64,000 bases of DNA from Candidatus Multivoradales bacterium (lineage in GTDB: Bacteria > Acidobacteriota > Thermoanaerobaculia > Multivoradales > J023): contig CBDFLE010000006.1 of NCBI GenBank assembly GCA_965248925.1, positions 2,944,001 through 3,008,000 of the forward strand, written 5' to 3'. Shown here piece by piece: positions 28,416 to 38,316 of this stretch. The notes under the pieces were generated by a model that saw only the letters and a list, made by a program, of their open reading frames with translations, was not told the DNA's origin and did no database searches. The number at the start of each line of letters is the position of its first letter. The stretch's first letter is position 1. The position numbers were made by a program, and so were the translations under genes.

Positions 28416-30542
28416 TCAGGGCGCCCCTGCGCTCCAGCTCAGCGCTAGGCCCACGGAACGGCCTGGCGACAGGGTGGCCTTGTCGTCAGCTGAGGCTCGG
28501 TAGGTCTCGTCGAGCAAGTTCTTGGCCGATAGGCTGACCGCCAATCGGTGGTTGAGTTGGTAGCGCAGCGAGGACGAGACTAGCTGGGCGGAGAGGGTCG
28601 TCAGCTCGCCGTTGCCGGGATCATTCTTGCTTGCCCGATACTGCCAGGCGAGTTGCCCCCGCCACCGATCGCGGTCGTGGCGCAGGCTGATCCGCAGTCG
28701 GTCAGAGGGGATATCGGCCAGTGCTTGGCCGCCGTCTGCGCGGCCGTTCAGCGAGTGGCCGCTCCAGCTTATAGTCCAGCGCTCCAGTGGGCGGAAGAAG
28801 CCCTCGACTTCGAAGCCTTCGATGGTGCCACTCAGCAGATTGACGAAAGTCAGCAGGTTGGGCTCCAGCTCGATGCGCTCGATGTAATCGTCGATCTCCA
28901 GGCGGAAGACTTGGGTGCTGAAGAAAGTGCGATCACCGTACCAGCGCAGGCCGAGATCGGCGTTGAGCGAGCGCTCGGGGTCGAGGTCGGGATTGCCGAT
29001 CACTCCGCCGCGGCCGGTGGTGCCGGTGAAAAAGCGTTCGCTGAGGGTGGCGAAACGCAGTCCGGTGCCCAGGTTAGCGGTCAGCTCGAAGCCCTTGCCG
29101 AAGGGATAGACCAGGCCGGCAAAGCCGGTCAATGCTTGATCCTCGCCGCTCGAAAAACCACTGTTGTTTTGCTGCTGAAAAGTCAGCCGGGCACCGGCTT
29201 CGAGGGTTGCCGCGCCCCAGCCCCAGCGCAGCGTGCCGTAAGCTGCCAGCTCGTTCTGCTCACCGCCGTCGAGACCGCGGACAACTGTGCGAGCACCACT
29301 GTCGAAGCGCTCTTCGGTGTCCGCGGCGCTGACCCCGTGGCGGCCAAAGTAGTCGATGCCGAAGCGGCCAGCGACTTTGGGGCCGATCTTGAAGCGTCGC
29401 TGCCAATCGGCGCCGACATCGAAAGCTCTGTTTTCGATCGTGTTGCGACGGCTGCCGGGGCGCAGCACATCGGTGGTGAGATCGTTGGGATGGACGTAGG
29501 CCGCCAAGCTCCAGCCATCCGCGTCGGCGAGCGAAAAGCGTACCAGAAGGTGGCGCTCGCGCGGGTAGTTGGTCACCCGCCGGTCGGGGAAGTCACTGTT
29601 CGACTTGCCGATGTCGTCGCCATAGGTGGGGATCACCAGCAAGCGATAGTCGCGATTTCCACGCTGCCAGCTGCGGGCGAGAGTCGCCGAGACCTGTTCG
29701 AAATGAGAATTGCGGACGGTGCCATCGACCGCCTCGCTGTTGTTGGCTTGGCGATGGGCTAGCCCCAGGGACCACTCGCCGCCACTCCAGCCGAGCGCCT
29801 GGTAGGTCTCGTCGCCAGAGCTGGAATAGCCGCTCTCGAAGCTCCGGCCCTGGCGTTCGGCAGGGAACATCTGGATCACCCCGCCGAGGGCGCCTGAGCC
29901 GTAGTAGGTGGACGATGGGCCGCGTAGGACCTCGGTAGCGCCAAGCAGCAGAGGATCGATGAACGACGCCGAAGTCCCGGCCCGGCGTTCGCTGATGATC
30001 TGCATTCCCGCCACCAGGGTCATCACCCGCTGGCGCGACACGCCGCGGATCGAGAACACTTGAAAGATGCCTCCCTGGCCGTTCTCCGCCACCCCGGCAA
30101 TCCCTTCGACCAGCTCGGTCAAGGTGCTGGGTGGTGCGGCGCGCTCGTCTACATGGATAGCAGTGGTGGCGACGCTGACCGGTTGGTAGGAGTCGCCGAC
30201 TCCACGCCCCGCGGTGACCACGATCTCCTCGTCGAAACTCTGCTTGGGGGCCAGGGCCAAGAGCACTCGCGCGGTAGGTGTGGTGTTGATTTCGAGAGTG
30301 GCCTGCTCAAAGCGTGGGTGTTCGGCCAGCAGTAAGCAGGGGATCTCGCAGTCGATCTCGAATCGCCCTTCGGCGTCGGAAAAAGCTCTGCTGGCGGCAG
30401 TGTTCTCGCCGCTGAGCACGGCAGTCACTTTGGCCCGTTCGACAGGCTTGCCATCAGCGCTCTCGACCCGGCCTTCTAGGGCCGCGAGGGTGGCCGCAGG
30501 CCAACTCATAGCAACTAATGCAAGAGCCTTGAGAAGACGCAT
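28416..30542 (-). CDS. TonB-dependent outer membrane receptor
   Basis: Signal peptide, EEIVVTAG TonB box, IRG plug, EVLRGPSSTYYGSGALGG, NPDLDPERS, KNLLDETY, PGRS. Confidence 0.93.
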   Translation of the reverse strand: MRLLKALALVAMSWPAATLAALEGRVESADGKPVERAKVTAVLSGENTAASRAFSDAEGRFEIDCEIPCLLLAEHPRFEQATLEINTTPTARVLLALAPKQSFDEEIVVTAGRGVGDSYQPVSVATTAIHVDERAAPPSTLTELVEGIAGVAENGQGGIFQVFSIRGVSRQRVMTLVAGMQIISERRAGTSASFIDPLLLGATEVLRGPSSTYYGSGALGGVIQMFPAERQGRSFESGYSSSGDETYQALGWSGGEWSLGLAHRQANNSEAVDGTVRNSHFEQVSATLARSWQRGNRDYRLLVIPTYGDDIGKSNSDFPDRRVTNYPRERHLLVRFSLADADGWSLAAYVHPNDLTTDVLRPGSRRNTIENRAFDVGADWQRRFKIGPKVAGRFGIDYFGRHGVSAADTEERFDSGARTVVRGLDGGEQNELAAYGTLRWGWGAATLEAGARLTFQQQNNSGFSSGEDQALTGFAGLVYPFGKGFELTANLGTGLRFATLSERFFTGTTGRGGVIGNPDLDPERSLNADLGLRWYGDRTFFSTQVFRLEIDDYIERIELEPNLLTFVNLLSGTIEGFEVEGFFRPLERWTISWSGHSLNGRADGGQALADIPSDRLRISLRHDRDRWRGQLAWQYRASKNDPGNGELTTLSAQLVSSSLRYQLNHRLAVSLSAKNLLDETYRASADDKATLSPGRSVGLALSWSAGAP

Positions 30543-30706
30543 ACTCGGACAGCTCCAAATGTTGTGGAGGGCCGGGAGATAATTCATGGACCGCTGCTCT
30601 CGGCGGGGGATTAAGAGCCGTGGTCAAGACGGGAAAGCCCGGTGTTAAGTCGGGCCGTGGGTCGAGGCTTAGAAGCCCCTAACCGAGTTCTCACTGCGAT
30701 CTCATC

Positions 30707-30723
30707 GCCAAGCTTCGTGCCAA
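30707..30723 (-). promoter_or_regulatory. Putative sigma-54 (-24/-12) promoter of the TonB receptor
   Basis: TTGGCACGAAGCTTGGC against consensus TGGCAC-N5-TTGC, one mismatch. Confidence 0.55.
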
Positions 30724-30761
30724 GTGACGTTGCAAGGTTGCGGTCCGTTGCAGCGAAAGTC

Positions 30762-30837
30762 TGGTAGCGCATACGGGATTCGAACCCGTGTTACCGGCGT
30801 GAGAGGCCGGCGTCCTGGACCCCTAGACGAATGCGCC
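30762..30837 (-). tRNA. tRNA-Glu (anticodon CTC)
   Basis: GGCGCATTCGTCTAGGGGTCCAGGACGCCGGCCTCTCACGCCGGTAACACGGGTTCGAATCCCGTATGCGCTACCA folds into a full cloverleaf with CCA. Confidence 0.97.
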
Positions 30838-30909
30838 TCGAATCTTTCAACAGGCGTTTGCCCACTACAAGTGCTCCCACGGCAGCCATGAGCGCCGCAG
30901 CGAGCCGAT

Positions 30910-30939
30910 ATTCTAGACAGGAATCAGCTCCAAAAGCAA
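30910..30939 (-). promoter_or_regulatory. Putative sigma-70 promoter of tRNA-Glu
   Basis: TTGCTT-N18-TAGAAT on the - strand. Confidence 0.5.
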
Positions 30940-31097
30940 CTACCATCGGCGGCTGATGCCGACTTCCTGTAAACCGTCCCTACGCCACCCTCGAGACCTG
31001 CCGAGAGATCTGTCCGCCGCCTCTGTTTCGGGTCGTGGCAGGAGTTGCTAAGATCGGCCCGCCCCGCCTTCTGCGGCGTCGCTCAGACCGAGACCTC

Positions 31098-32693
31098 ATG
31101 CAATTGGATTTATCCCAGACCCGCTATCGGCCCACCGTTCAATGCCTGTGCTGGGTGTTCATCGCTCTCTGCCTGTCGGTGTCGAGCCTGAAGTCGCAAG
31201 AGCCGCCGCCGATCTACCCCACCGGCACCGCGGTGATGAGCACCGCCGGGATGGTCACCACCTTGCCCTTCACGGTGGCCCCCGCGGGTCCATTGTTGCG
31301 CTTGCAGCCGATCTGCGAGCGTCTCGGTGTCGAGCTGCGCATCGGGCCTTTGGGCGACAGCCACACCCTGGTGCTCGACGACCAGCAAGTGATTTTCGGT
31401 CCCGACAGCGCGGTGGTGATCTGGCGCTCCGCGGATGGCGCCGAGCAGCAACAGCAGCTCACACAGGCGCCGCGCCGCGCCTTGGGGGGGTTAGAGGTGC
31501 CGCTCGAGTTGCTCGAGCGCACTCTCGGCGAGCGCTTGGGCTACGATTTTCTATGGGATAGCGAACAGCTCGAGCTAACGGTGGTGCGGCGCCAGCGGCG
31601 GCTGCTGCAAGCAGAAGCCACCTTGGTGCATCAATTTGGGGTCACCACGGTCGAGATTCGTTTCTCGCAACAGCCTCGCTACCGGACCGAGATTTCCCCC
31701 GGCCAGCTCGACATCCTCTTGCTCGGTGACCAGCTGGACGAGTTGCTGTCGGTGTCGACCAGCGAAGGGTCATGGGTCGAAGGGGTCGAGGCTTTGGGCG
31801 ATCGGCTGCGGATCCGCTTGGCTCGCGACGCGGTCGCCTCCGAAGCTAGACTGATTCAATCGCCGACCCCGCGGTTGATCGTCGAGATCTTCCGTCAGGC
31901 GCCGCAGGCCTTGGTCAATCTGCCCCGTTCACAGCCTCGCCGCCGCTCGCCCGATCTACCGGGAATTCGGACTATCGTGCTCGATCCGGGGCATGGCGGC
32001 GGCGAGTCAGGCGCCGTGGCCGGCAGCGGCACAGCCGAGAAAGATCTGGTTTTGACCATTGCTCGCTTGCTTGAACGTCGTCTCGAAAGTCGCTTGCCGG
32101 TGCGGGTCGAACTCACCCGCAACAGAGACGTAGAGATGCTGCACGAGTCGCGCACCGCGCTGGCCAATCAGAACAAGGCCGATCTGTTCATCTCCCTGCA
32201 TCTCAATGCCTCTTTCGGTGCTCGGGCTCACGGAGCCGAAACCTACTTCCTCAGCCGCGAAGCGAGCGATCAGTTGGCTGCTGAGGCGGCGGCGGCCGAG
32301 AATCGGCATGGGGGTGGAGGCGCCGAGCGCGACTTGCAGTTGATCCTCTGGGATCTCGCTCAGAGCCACCATCTCGCCGAAAGTCAACGCTTTGCCAAGC
32401 TGGTGCAAGAAGAACTCAACCAGACTCTCGGCCTGCGCGACCGTGGCGTCAAGCAAGCTCCTTTCCGGGTGTTGATGGGTGCCAACATGCCAGCCGTGCT
32501 GGTCGAACTCGGCTTCCTCAGCAATCCGCGAGAAGAGACCAAGCTACAGGATCCGCGCTATCGCCAGGAACTGGTCGATGCCTTGGTGCGGGCGGTGACC
32601 CGATTCAAGCGCCAGATCGACACCCGCCTGGGCTTGGTGTCCGCCGACGAGGATTCTACCGCCGAGCCGGCGGTCGAGGAGCCCTCGCTATGA
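31098..32693 (+). CDS. N-acetylmuramoyl-L-alanine amidase (Amidase_3)
   Basis: IVLDPGHGG, EKD, DLFISLHLNA, GAETYFL, MPAVLVELGFLSN. Confidence 0.93.
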   Translation: MQLDLSQTRYRPTVQCLCWVFIALCLSVSSLKSQEPPPIYPTGTAVMSTAGMVTTLPFTVAPAGPLLRLQPICERLGVELRIGPLGDSHTLVLDDQQVIFGPDSAVVIWRSADGAEQQQQLTQAPRRALGGLEVPLELLERTLGERLGYDFLWDSEQLELTVVRRQRRLLQAEATLVHQFGVTTVEIRFSQQPRYRTEISPGQLDILLLGDQLDELLSVSTSEGSWVEGVEALGDRLRIRLARDAVASEARLIQSPTPRLIVEIFRQAPQALVNLPRSQPRRRSPDLPGIRTIVLDPGHGGGESGAVAGSGTAEKDLVLTIARLLERRLESRLPVRVELTRNRDVEMLHESRTALANQNKADLFISLHLNASFGARAHGAETYFLSREASDQLAAEAAAAENRHGGGGAERDLQLILWDLAQSHHLAESQRFAKLVQEELNQTLGLRDRGVKQAPFRVLMGANMPAVLVELGFLSNPREETKLQDPRYRQELVDALVRAVTRFKRQIDTRLGLVSADEDSTAEPAVEEPSL

Positions 32694-33265
32694 GCAGCTG
32701 GCGCCGGCTACCCGTTGGGGTTTTGGCGGTCTGCCTTCTACCGATTCTCGGATTTGCCTGTGGCGGCGATGCAGCAGATTCGACGGCTCACAACCCGGCC
32801 GGGTTGGCGGCTGAGCAAGGGGCTGCCAATGAGCAGCCGATGCGGCCCGCCGAACTTTACTTTCCCGGCAACGACGGTCGGCTCTATATCGAAATCCGTG
32901 AGGTGGTTACTGGCGCGGAGCCGGTCGATCGACTGGTGGCGGTGGTCGAGGCTCTGCTGGCCGGTCCCGAAACCGAGGGCCTACGGGCGCCCTTCGCCAA
33001 CGATGTCGAGGTCGATGGTCTGTTCCTGCTCGACGACAGCATCGTCGCTTTGAATCTACGCTCGGCGGATGGGGGGCCGCCGAACACGACCGGCAGTCAG
33101 CGCGAAATGCTGATCGTCTACAGCCTGGTCAACACCGTCTTGCTCGATTTCGGTGCTGGCGACCGGCTATTGTTGACCTGGAATGGGCGTCAGCTACCGA
33201 CCTTTGCCGGGCAGCTCGATCTCACCCACCCGCTGCGGCCCAATCTCGATTTGGTCGCCGGTTGA
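32690..33265 (+). CDS. GerMN domain lipoprotein
   Basis: Lipobox-like GFAC; LYFP, VEALLAGP, IVYSLVNT. Confidence 0.85.
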   Translation: MSSWRRLPVGVLAVCLLPILGFACGGDAADSTAHNPAGLAAEQGAANEQPMRPAELYFPGNDGRLYIEIREVVTGAEPVDRLVAVVEALLAGPETEGLRAPFANDVEVDGLFLLDDSIVALNLRSADGGPPNTTGSQREMLIVYSLVNTVLLDFGAGDRLLLTWNGRQLPTFAGQLDLTHPLRPNLDLVAG

Positions 33266-33373
33266 GGGTCATCGAGAGGCAACCGACGCAGATCACTCGG
33301 CCTTGGCCCGCCTATCAGCTGGCCGAGTCTGCCCACCGCGAATGGGCAGAGGTCTGATACCTTTCCTGGGCCG

Positions 33374-34207
33374 ATGAATACAAACCAGCCAAAGCAACCC
33401 CGCCGTCCGCATGGTCGCCACGCCGACCAGCTACGCCCAGTTAGCCTGAGCACCGATGTGCTGCGCTTTGCCGAAGGCTCGGCGCAAATCGACATGGGAG
33501 ACACTCGGGTCCTGGTCGCGGCGACCGTCGAAACCAAGGTGCCGAAGTGGCTGAGCGAACGCGGTAGCGGCTGGGTGACAGCCGAGTACGCCATGCTGCC
33601 GCGGGCCACCTCGACCCGCAATGTGCGCGAGGCGAGTCGTGGCAAGCGCGGCGGCCGGACCCTCGAGATCCAACGTCTGATCGGCCGTAGTCTGCGCGCG
33701 GCGGTCGATCTCGAGATGTTGGGTCCGGTGACCGTGATCCTCGATTGCGATGTGATTCAGGCCGATGGCGGTACCCGCACCGCTTCGGTGACCGCCGCCT
33801 GGGTAGCCCTGGTAGAGGCTTTGGGCAAGGCATATCTGGCCGGTGATATCACTCGCTGGCCACTGCGCCGGCAGATCGCCGCGGTATCGGTCGGTTATCT
33901 GGGTTCGACAGCCCTACTCGACCTCGAATACTGTGAAGACTCGGTGGCCGATATCGACATGAATGTCGTTGCCACCCCGGTTGGTGAGTTGGTCGAAGTC
34001 CAGGGCACCGGCGAGCGGCGTACCTTTTCTCGGGCTGAGAACGACCGCTTGCTCGACCTAGCTATGGCGGGTATCGCCACCTTGGCCGAGCAGCAGAACG
34101 AGGCCGTGGCCGGAATCCTGGCCGATGTCGAAGCCAAGCGCCAAGGGGGCCGGCGGCGCACGCCGCCGAAGGACGAAGGCACCTTGTGGGGCGCGCCTCC
34201 CGAGTGA
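33374..34207 (+). CDS. rph: Ribonuclease PH
   Basis: GWVTAEYAMLPRAT, GRTLEIQRLIGRSLR, DCDVIQADGGTRTAS. Confidence 0.97.
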   Translation: MNTNQPKQPRRPHGRHADQLRPVSLSTDVLRFAEGSAQIDMGDTRVLVAATVETKVPKWLSERGSGWVTAEYAMLPRATSTRNVREASRGKRGGRTLEIQRLIGRSLRAAVDLEMLGPVTVILDCDVIQADGGTRTASVTAAWVALVEALGKAYLAGDITRWPLRRQIAAVSVGYLGSTALLDLEYCEDSVADIDMNVVATPVGELVEVQGTGERRTFSRAENDRLLDLAMAGIATLAEQQNEAVAGILADVEAKRQGGRRRTPPKDEGTLWGAPPE

Positions 34208-34273
34208 TCGCGGCTCAGCGCAGCCCGACGGGTGGTTCGTCCTGCCGCTGCCGCTGATCCGTTCGGAGTTCTG

Positions 34274-35473
34274 ATGTTCGAACCCGTTGATCTTTATCAC
34301 CAGCCCAACGCCTTGGCGCCGAGCTACTCCCGCTTTGCGGTCAGCGAGCGCCTCTTGCTCACCGGCCATTCCCACCAGGCCTGGCCGGATTGTGCTCGCG
34401 CCGGCGTGGTACGCGCTTTTGACGACGCCGCTCAGCGGATCGACCGCAAGTGGGGGGTGGCGTTCGCCATGGCCGAGCGGGTTCAGCGGGGCTTCGCCGA
34501 GCTGCTCGACGATGGCGAAGGGGTCTACGCTCTCGGTGCCAACACACACGAACTGGTGGTGCGGTGGTTGAGCGCTCTACCACTCAGAACCCGGCCTCGT
34601 TTGGTGACTACCGATGGCGAGTTTCACACCATCCGTCGCCAGCTGCGCCGGCTCGAGGAAGAAGGGATCGAGGTGGTGCGCGTGCCGACCGTCGAGCCGG
34701 CGCAGGTCGCCACTGACCTGATAGCGGCGGTGGACGACCGCACCGCCGCGGTGCTGGTGTCCTCGGTACTCTTTCGTAGCGGCCGTCGGGTCGCCGGGCT
34801 TGGAGAGGTGCTGGTTGCCGCCCAGCATTGCGGAGCCGAGATGCTGGTCGACGCCTACCACTCCCTTAACGTTGCGCCGTTGTCTTTGGCCGCTGCTGGG
34901 CTTGCGGGGGCATTCGTTACCGGCGGTGGGTACAAGTACTGCCAGTTGGGCGAAGGCAACTGCTTCTTGCGGTTACCGGCGGATTGTCGCATGCGACCCC
35001 TGGTCACCGGTTGGTTCGCTGAGTTCGGCGAGCTGGGTCAATCGCGAGATGGCGAAGTGCTCTATGCCGAAGGCGCCGCTCGGTTCGCCGGATCAACCTA
35101 CGATCCGACCAGTCACTATCGCGCCGCGGCGGTTTTCGACTTCTTCGTTGAGAAAAGTTTAAATCAAGATTTTCTGCGCCAGGTCAGCCAGCACCAGCTC
35201 GACGTCTTGTGCAAGGCCTTCGACGCTCTCGATGCCGACCCCCGCCTGGCCAGCCGCGAGCACGATGTGGCGGTGGATGATCTGGGCGGTTTCTTGGTTG
35301 TCGAAAGCCCGGTCGCCGCGGGACTCTCAGCGGCTCTATACCAACGCGGCGTATCGACCGATTCCCGCGGCCAGAGCCTACGCCTCGGCCCGGCGCCGTA
35401 CCTGTCAGATATTCAGCTCCACGACGCCGTCGGTCTGCTCGGTGACGTGCTGGCTGAGTTCGCCGTTTCTTGA
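34274..35473 (+). CDS. kynU: Kynureninase-like PLP enzyme (aminotransferase class V)
   Basis: TGHSHQAWP, DAYHS, GGGYKYCQLGEG, GWFA, LRLGPAPY. Confidence 0.75.
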   Translation: MFEPVDLYHQPNALAPSYSRFAVSERLLLTGHSHQAWPDCARAGVVRAFDDAAQRIDRKWGVAFAMAERVQRGFAELLDDGEGVYALGANTHELVVRWLSALPLRTRPRLVTTDGEFHTIRRQLRRLEEEGIEVVRVPTVEPAQVATDLIAAVDDRTAAVLVSSVLFRSGRRVAGLGEVLVAAQHCGAEMLVDAYHSLNVAPLSLAAAGLAGAFVTGGGYKYCQLGEGNCFLRLPADCRMRPLVTGWFAEFGELGQSRDGEVLYAEGAARFAGSTYDPTSHYRAAAVFDFFVEKSLNQDFLRQVSQHQLDVLCKAFDALDADPRLASREHDVAVDDLGGFLVVESPVAAGLSAALYQRGVSTDSRGQSLRLGPAPYLSDIQLHDAVGLLGDVLAEFAVS

Positions 35474-35495
35474 GCAAGTCTCAATGGCCACCTAC

Positions 35496-35528
35496 AACAA
35501 GAGCCAGGGCAACGCCCTGGCTCTTGTT
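35496..35528. terminator. Bidirectional terminator between convergent genes
   Basis: Perfect 15-bp stem AACAAGAGCCAGGGC-AAC-GCCCTGGCTCTTGTT. Confidence 0.8.
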
Positions 35529-35558
35529 CTCTCATCCAGTGTGGCCGAGTCCGCGTGA

Positions 35559-36608
35559 CTAGTTGGCTTCGGCGCTGGCGTTTGACGAAGTGATGGTGCC
35601 GGTGACCGGTACTTCGACGATCGGGTTCTTGCTGTCGGAGGTGTGAATCTTGATCATGCTCGAGAACTGGCCTTCGGGCATTCCTTCGCCGACGGTCAGC
35701 AGCACGCGGAAGCGGTGGCCTTCGTTGTTCTTGATCTCGGTCACCTCGGCTTCGAGTCCCACCAGGCCGGTCTCGACTTTGTCGATGGTGATGGCTTTGG
35801 TGATGAAGTTGGTCATCGCCAGTTGCCGCTTGACCGGCAGCAGGCTTTGGCCCAAAGAGCCGAACTCAACGGTTTCGGGAGTGACGTGCTGGCGGGGGCG
35901 GATGAAGCCGGAGACCGGAATCTTGGCGATTCTCTGCTCGGGGTGGTTGGTGGTCACGCGGACGAAGTTGCGCAGCGCGCCCACCGGCGCGTTGGGCTCG
36001 AGTTTGATGTTGACCCGCCACTGCTTGGCAGCGCTGCCACGGGCGTCGCGCTCGGCTTCGGTGGCTTCGTGAAAGCTCACTTTCAAATAGTCGTAGGGCG
36101 AGGAGACTTCCAAGATTTCCAAATCCGAGCCGTCCTCGGCCCACAGGTTCTGCGGGATCGCCTCGACGTACTCACCCTGCACATAGCTGTAGCGGGCGAA
36201 ACCGGGGAAGACTCGCAGGTAGGGCTTGACGTTGGCTTTGATCACCAGTTGTAGCTTGGCGTTGTTGGCATCGTTGGTGAACACCGCCACGGATTTGGCG
36301 ATTGGGCCGGAGAAGTCCTGGGTCTTGACCCGGGTAGTGATCTGACCGCTGGCACCGGGGGCGATCACTTTGTCGAAATCGACCACCGTGCAGCCGCAAG
36401 CCGGGTTGACGTCGGTCAGCTCAAGCTGGGCGTCGCCTTCGTTGCGGATCTCGAAGGAATGCACGATCACTTTACCTTGGGGTACGAAATCGAAGTCTTT
36501 GACCGGCTCCGGCACCACGGCCCGAGGGCCTTCCTGGGCCATCACAGAACCGCTGAGGAGCAGCAATAGAAGAGCGGTAGTCAGGGCGATCGGGAACAGA
36601 CGCTTCAT
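35559..36608 (-). CDS. DUF1573 domain secreted protein (tandem Ig-like domains)
   Basis: Signal peptide; FEIRNEG...PACGCT...IAPG. Confidence 0.85.
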   Translation of the reverse strand: MKRLFPIALTTALLLLLLSGSVMAQEGPRAVVPEPVKDFDFVPQGKVIVHSFEIRNEGDAQLELTDVNPACGCTVVDFDKVIAPGASGQITTRVKTQDFSGPIAKSVAVFTNDANNAKLQLVIKANVKPYLRVFPGFARYSYVQGEYVEAIPQNLWAEDGSDLEILEVSSPYDYLKVSFHEATEAERDARGSAAKQWRVNIKLEPNAPVGALRNFVRVTTNHPEQRIAKIPVSGFIRPRQHVTPETVEFGSLGQSLLPVKRQLAMTNFITKAITIDKVETGLVGLEAEVTEIKNNEGHRFRVLLTVGEGMPEGQFSSMIKIHTSDSKNPIVEVPVTGTITSSNASAEAN

Positions 36609-36731
36609 GGGAGAGCTCCTTGCAAACCAGGTCGCGCGGCGACGGATGAGTGGGGTGTCAAGGCTCGCTGTCTGGGTGCTGTCAGGCTGAGGTGCGAGCC
36701 GACGAGCGTTGCCCAGCAGACAGTCAGACGA

Positions 36732-36740
36732 TGCTATACT
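36732..36740 (+). promoter_or_regulatory. Extended -10 promoter element upstream of mpl
   Basis: TGCTATACT (TGn-TATAAT-like). Confidence 0.45.
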
Positions 36741-36875
36741 GGCCTTCTGACCACCGCCAACAAACAGCCGTAAAACCCGAGTAAAACAGGCTTCAATCCG
36801 TCTCGAGCCCGTTCTCTAACGATTCTTGCGGCCGGTCTTCGTGCCGTTGCCGACCGTCAGTCCAAGAGGCCAGTC

Positions 36876-38300
36876 ATGTCCGCATCAATTCCATCTCTGG
36901 ATATCTACTGCGTCGCTATTGGCGGCACCGGCATGGCGCCACTGGCTTGTTTGCTGCAGGGTCTGGGGCATCGGCTCCGGGGCTCTGATTCGCCCCTCTA
37001 TCCGCCGATGAGCAGCCTGCTGGCCGACGCCGGGATCGAGCCGTTGGTGGGCTACGATCCGGCCCATCTGCAGCCGCTTCCCGATCTGGTGATTATCGGC
37101 AACGCGGTCCACCGGCAAAATCCGGAAGCGCTACGGGTTGAGGCCAGTGGTGTCGAGCGTATCTCGATGCCGCAGGCGCTGGCCCGGTTCTTTCTCCAGG
37201 ATCGCCGGCCGTTAGTGGTCTCGGGCACCCATGGCAAGACCACCACCACTTCGTTGGCCTCGTGGGTCTATGGTCGCTGTGGCACCGATCCCGGCTATCT
37301 GATCGGTGGTGTGCCGATCGGACTCGAACAGAGTTTTCACCGTGGTAGCGGCGACCGCTTCGTGATCGAGGGTGATGAGTACAATGCCGCCTACTTCGAT
37401 CGCGGACCCAAGTTTCTGCACTACCGAGCCCAAACCCTAATCCTGACCAGTGTCGAATACGACCATGCCGACCTCTATCCGCAACCGGAGTTGCTGCGCC
37501 AGGCTTATCTGAAGTTAGTGCGCTCGCTGCCGGTGGATGGATTGCTGATCGCCTGTGGAGACTCGGTGGCCGTGCGTCAGGTGGCGGCCGAAGCATCTTG
37601 TGCGGTGTGTTTCTACGGGCTGGGTGAGGACAACGATGTCCGCCCGCTGGATGGCGTGGAAGCCCTGCCCCAAGGCAGTCGGCTGGAGGTCGACGACGGT
37701 GCCGGCGGTAGTTGTCGCTTGGATCTGCAGATCCCTGGCGAGCACAATGTGGTGAACTCGCTGGCAGTGTGGGCAGCGGCTTGTCACGACGATCTCGACC
37801 GGGTGACGGCCGCAGCGGCGCTGAATTCGTTCCAGGGGGTCAAGCGGCGGCTGGAGGACCTTGGCAGCGCCGCTGGAGTGACCGTGGTGGACGACTTTGC
37901 CCACCACCCGACGGCGGTGGGCAAATCCCTCGGTGGGCTGCGCCAGCGCTATCCCGGCCGGCGGCTGGTGCTGCTCTTTGAGCCCCGCAGTCTGACTGCC
38001 GGGCGCAGCTTTTTCCTTGACGACTACAGCGCCGCCTTTCGCGGTGCGGACGTGGTGCTGTTGGCGCCGGTCTTTCACGCTGGCCGCTTGGATGATGCCG
38101 AGCGCCTCGACCTGGCCGCCTTGCGCCAGCGGCTCGAGGAGCGGGGAACTCTTGCCCTGGCCCCCAGCGATGTCGAGTCGTTATTTCAGCAGGCTTTAGA
38201 CTTGGCTCGTCCGGGAGATGTCTTGGCAACCATGTCCTCGGGTGCTTTCGCTGGTATCCCCCACCGCTTGCTTGAGGCCCTCGGCGGCCGCCAAGGCTAG
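36876..38300 (+). CDS. mpl: Murein peptide ligase Mpl (MurC family)
   Basis: IGGTGM, YPPMS, GTHGKTTTT, EGDEY..AYFD.GPKF, DDFAHHPTAV, FEPRS. Confidence 0.9.
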   Translation: MSASIPSLDIYCVAIGGTGMAPLACLLQGLGHRLRGSDSPLYPPMSSLLADAGIEPLVGYDPAHLQPLPDLVIIGNAVHRQNPEALRVEASGVERISMPQALARFFLQDRRPLVVSGTHGKTTTTSLASWVYGRCGTDPGYLIGGVPIGLEQSFHRGSGDRFVIEGDEYNAAYFDRGPKFLHYRAQTLILTSVEYDHADLYPQPELLRQAYLKLVRSLPVDGLLIACGDSVAVRQVAAEASCAVCFYGLGEDNDVRPLDGVEALPQGSRLEVDDGAGGSCRLDLQIPGEHNVVNSLAVWAAACHDDLDRVTAAAALNSFQGVKRRLEDLGSAAGVTVVDDFAHHPTAVGKSLGGLRQRYPGRRLVLLFEPRSLTAGRSFFLDDYSAAFRGADVVLLAPVFHAGRLDDAERLDLAALRQRLEERGTLALAPSDVESLFQQALDLARPGDVLATMSSGAFAGIPHRLLEALGGRQG

Positions 38301-38316
38301 CGACGACAGATCGCGT

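Noticed and set aside
30625-30665. Cobalamin riboswitch upstream of the TonB receptor (GGGAA...CCGGTG...)
   Set aside because: The resemblance is on the strand opposite the receptor gene, and the conserved GCCACTG/GCAACTG and B12-box elements are not seen.
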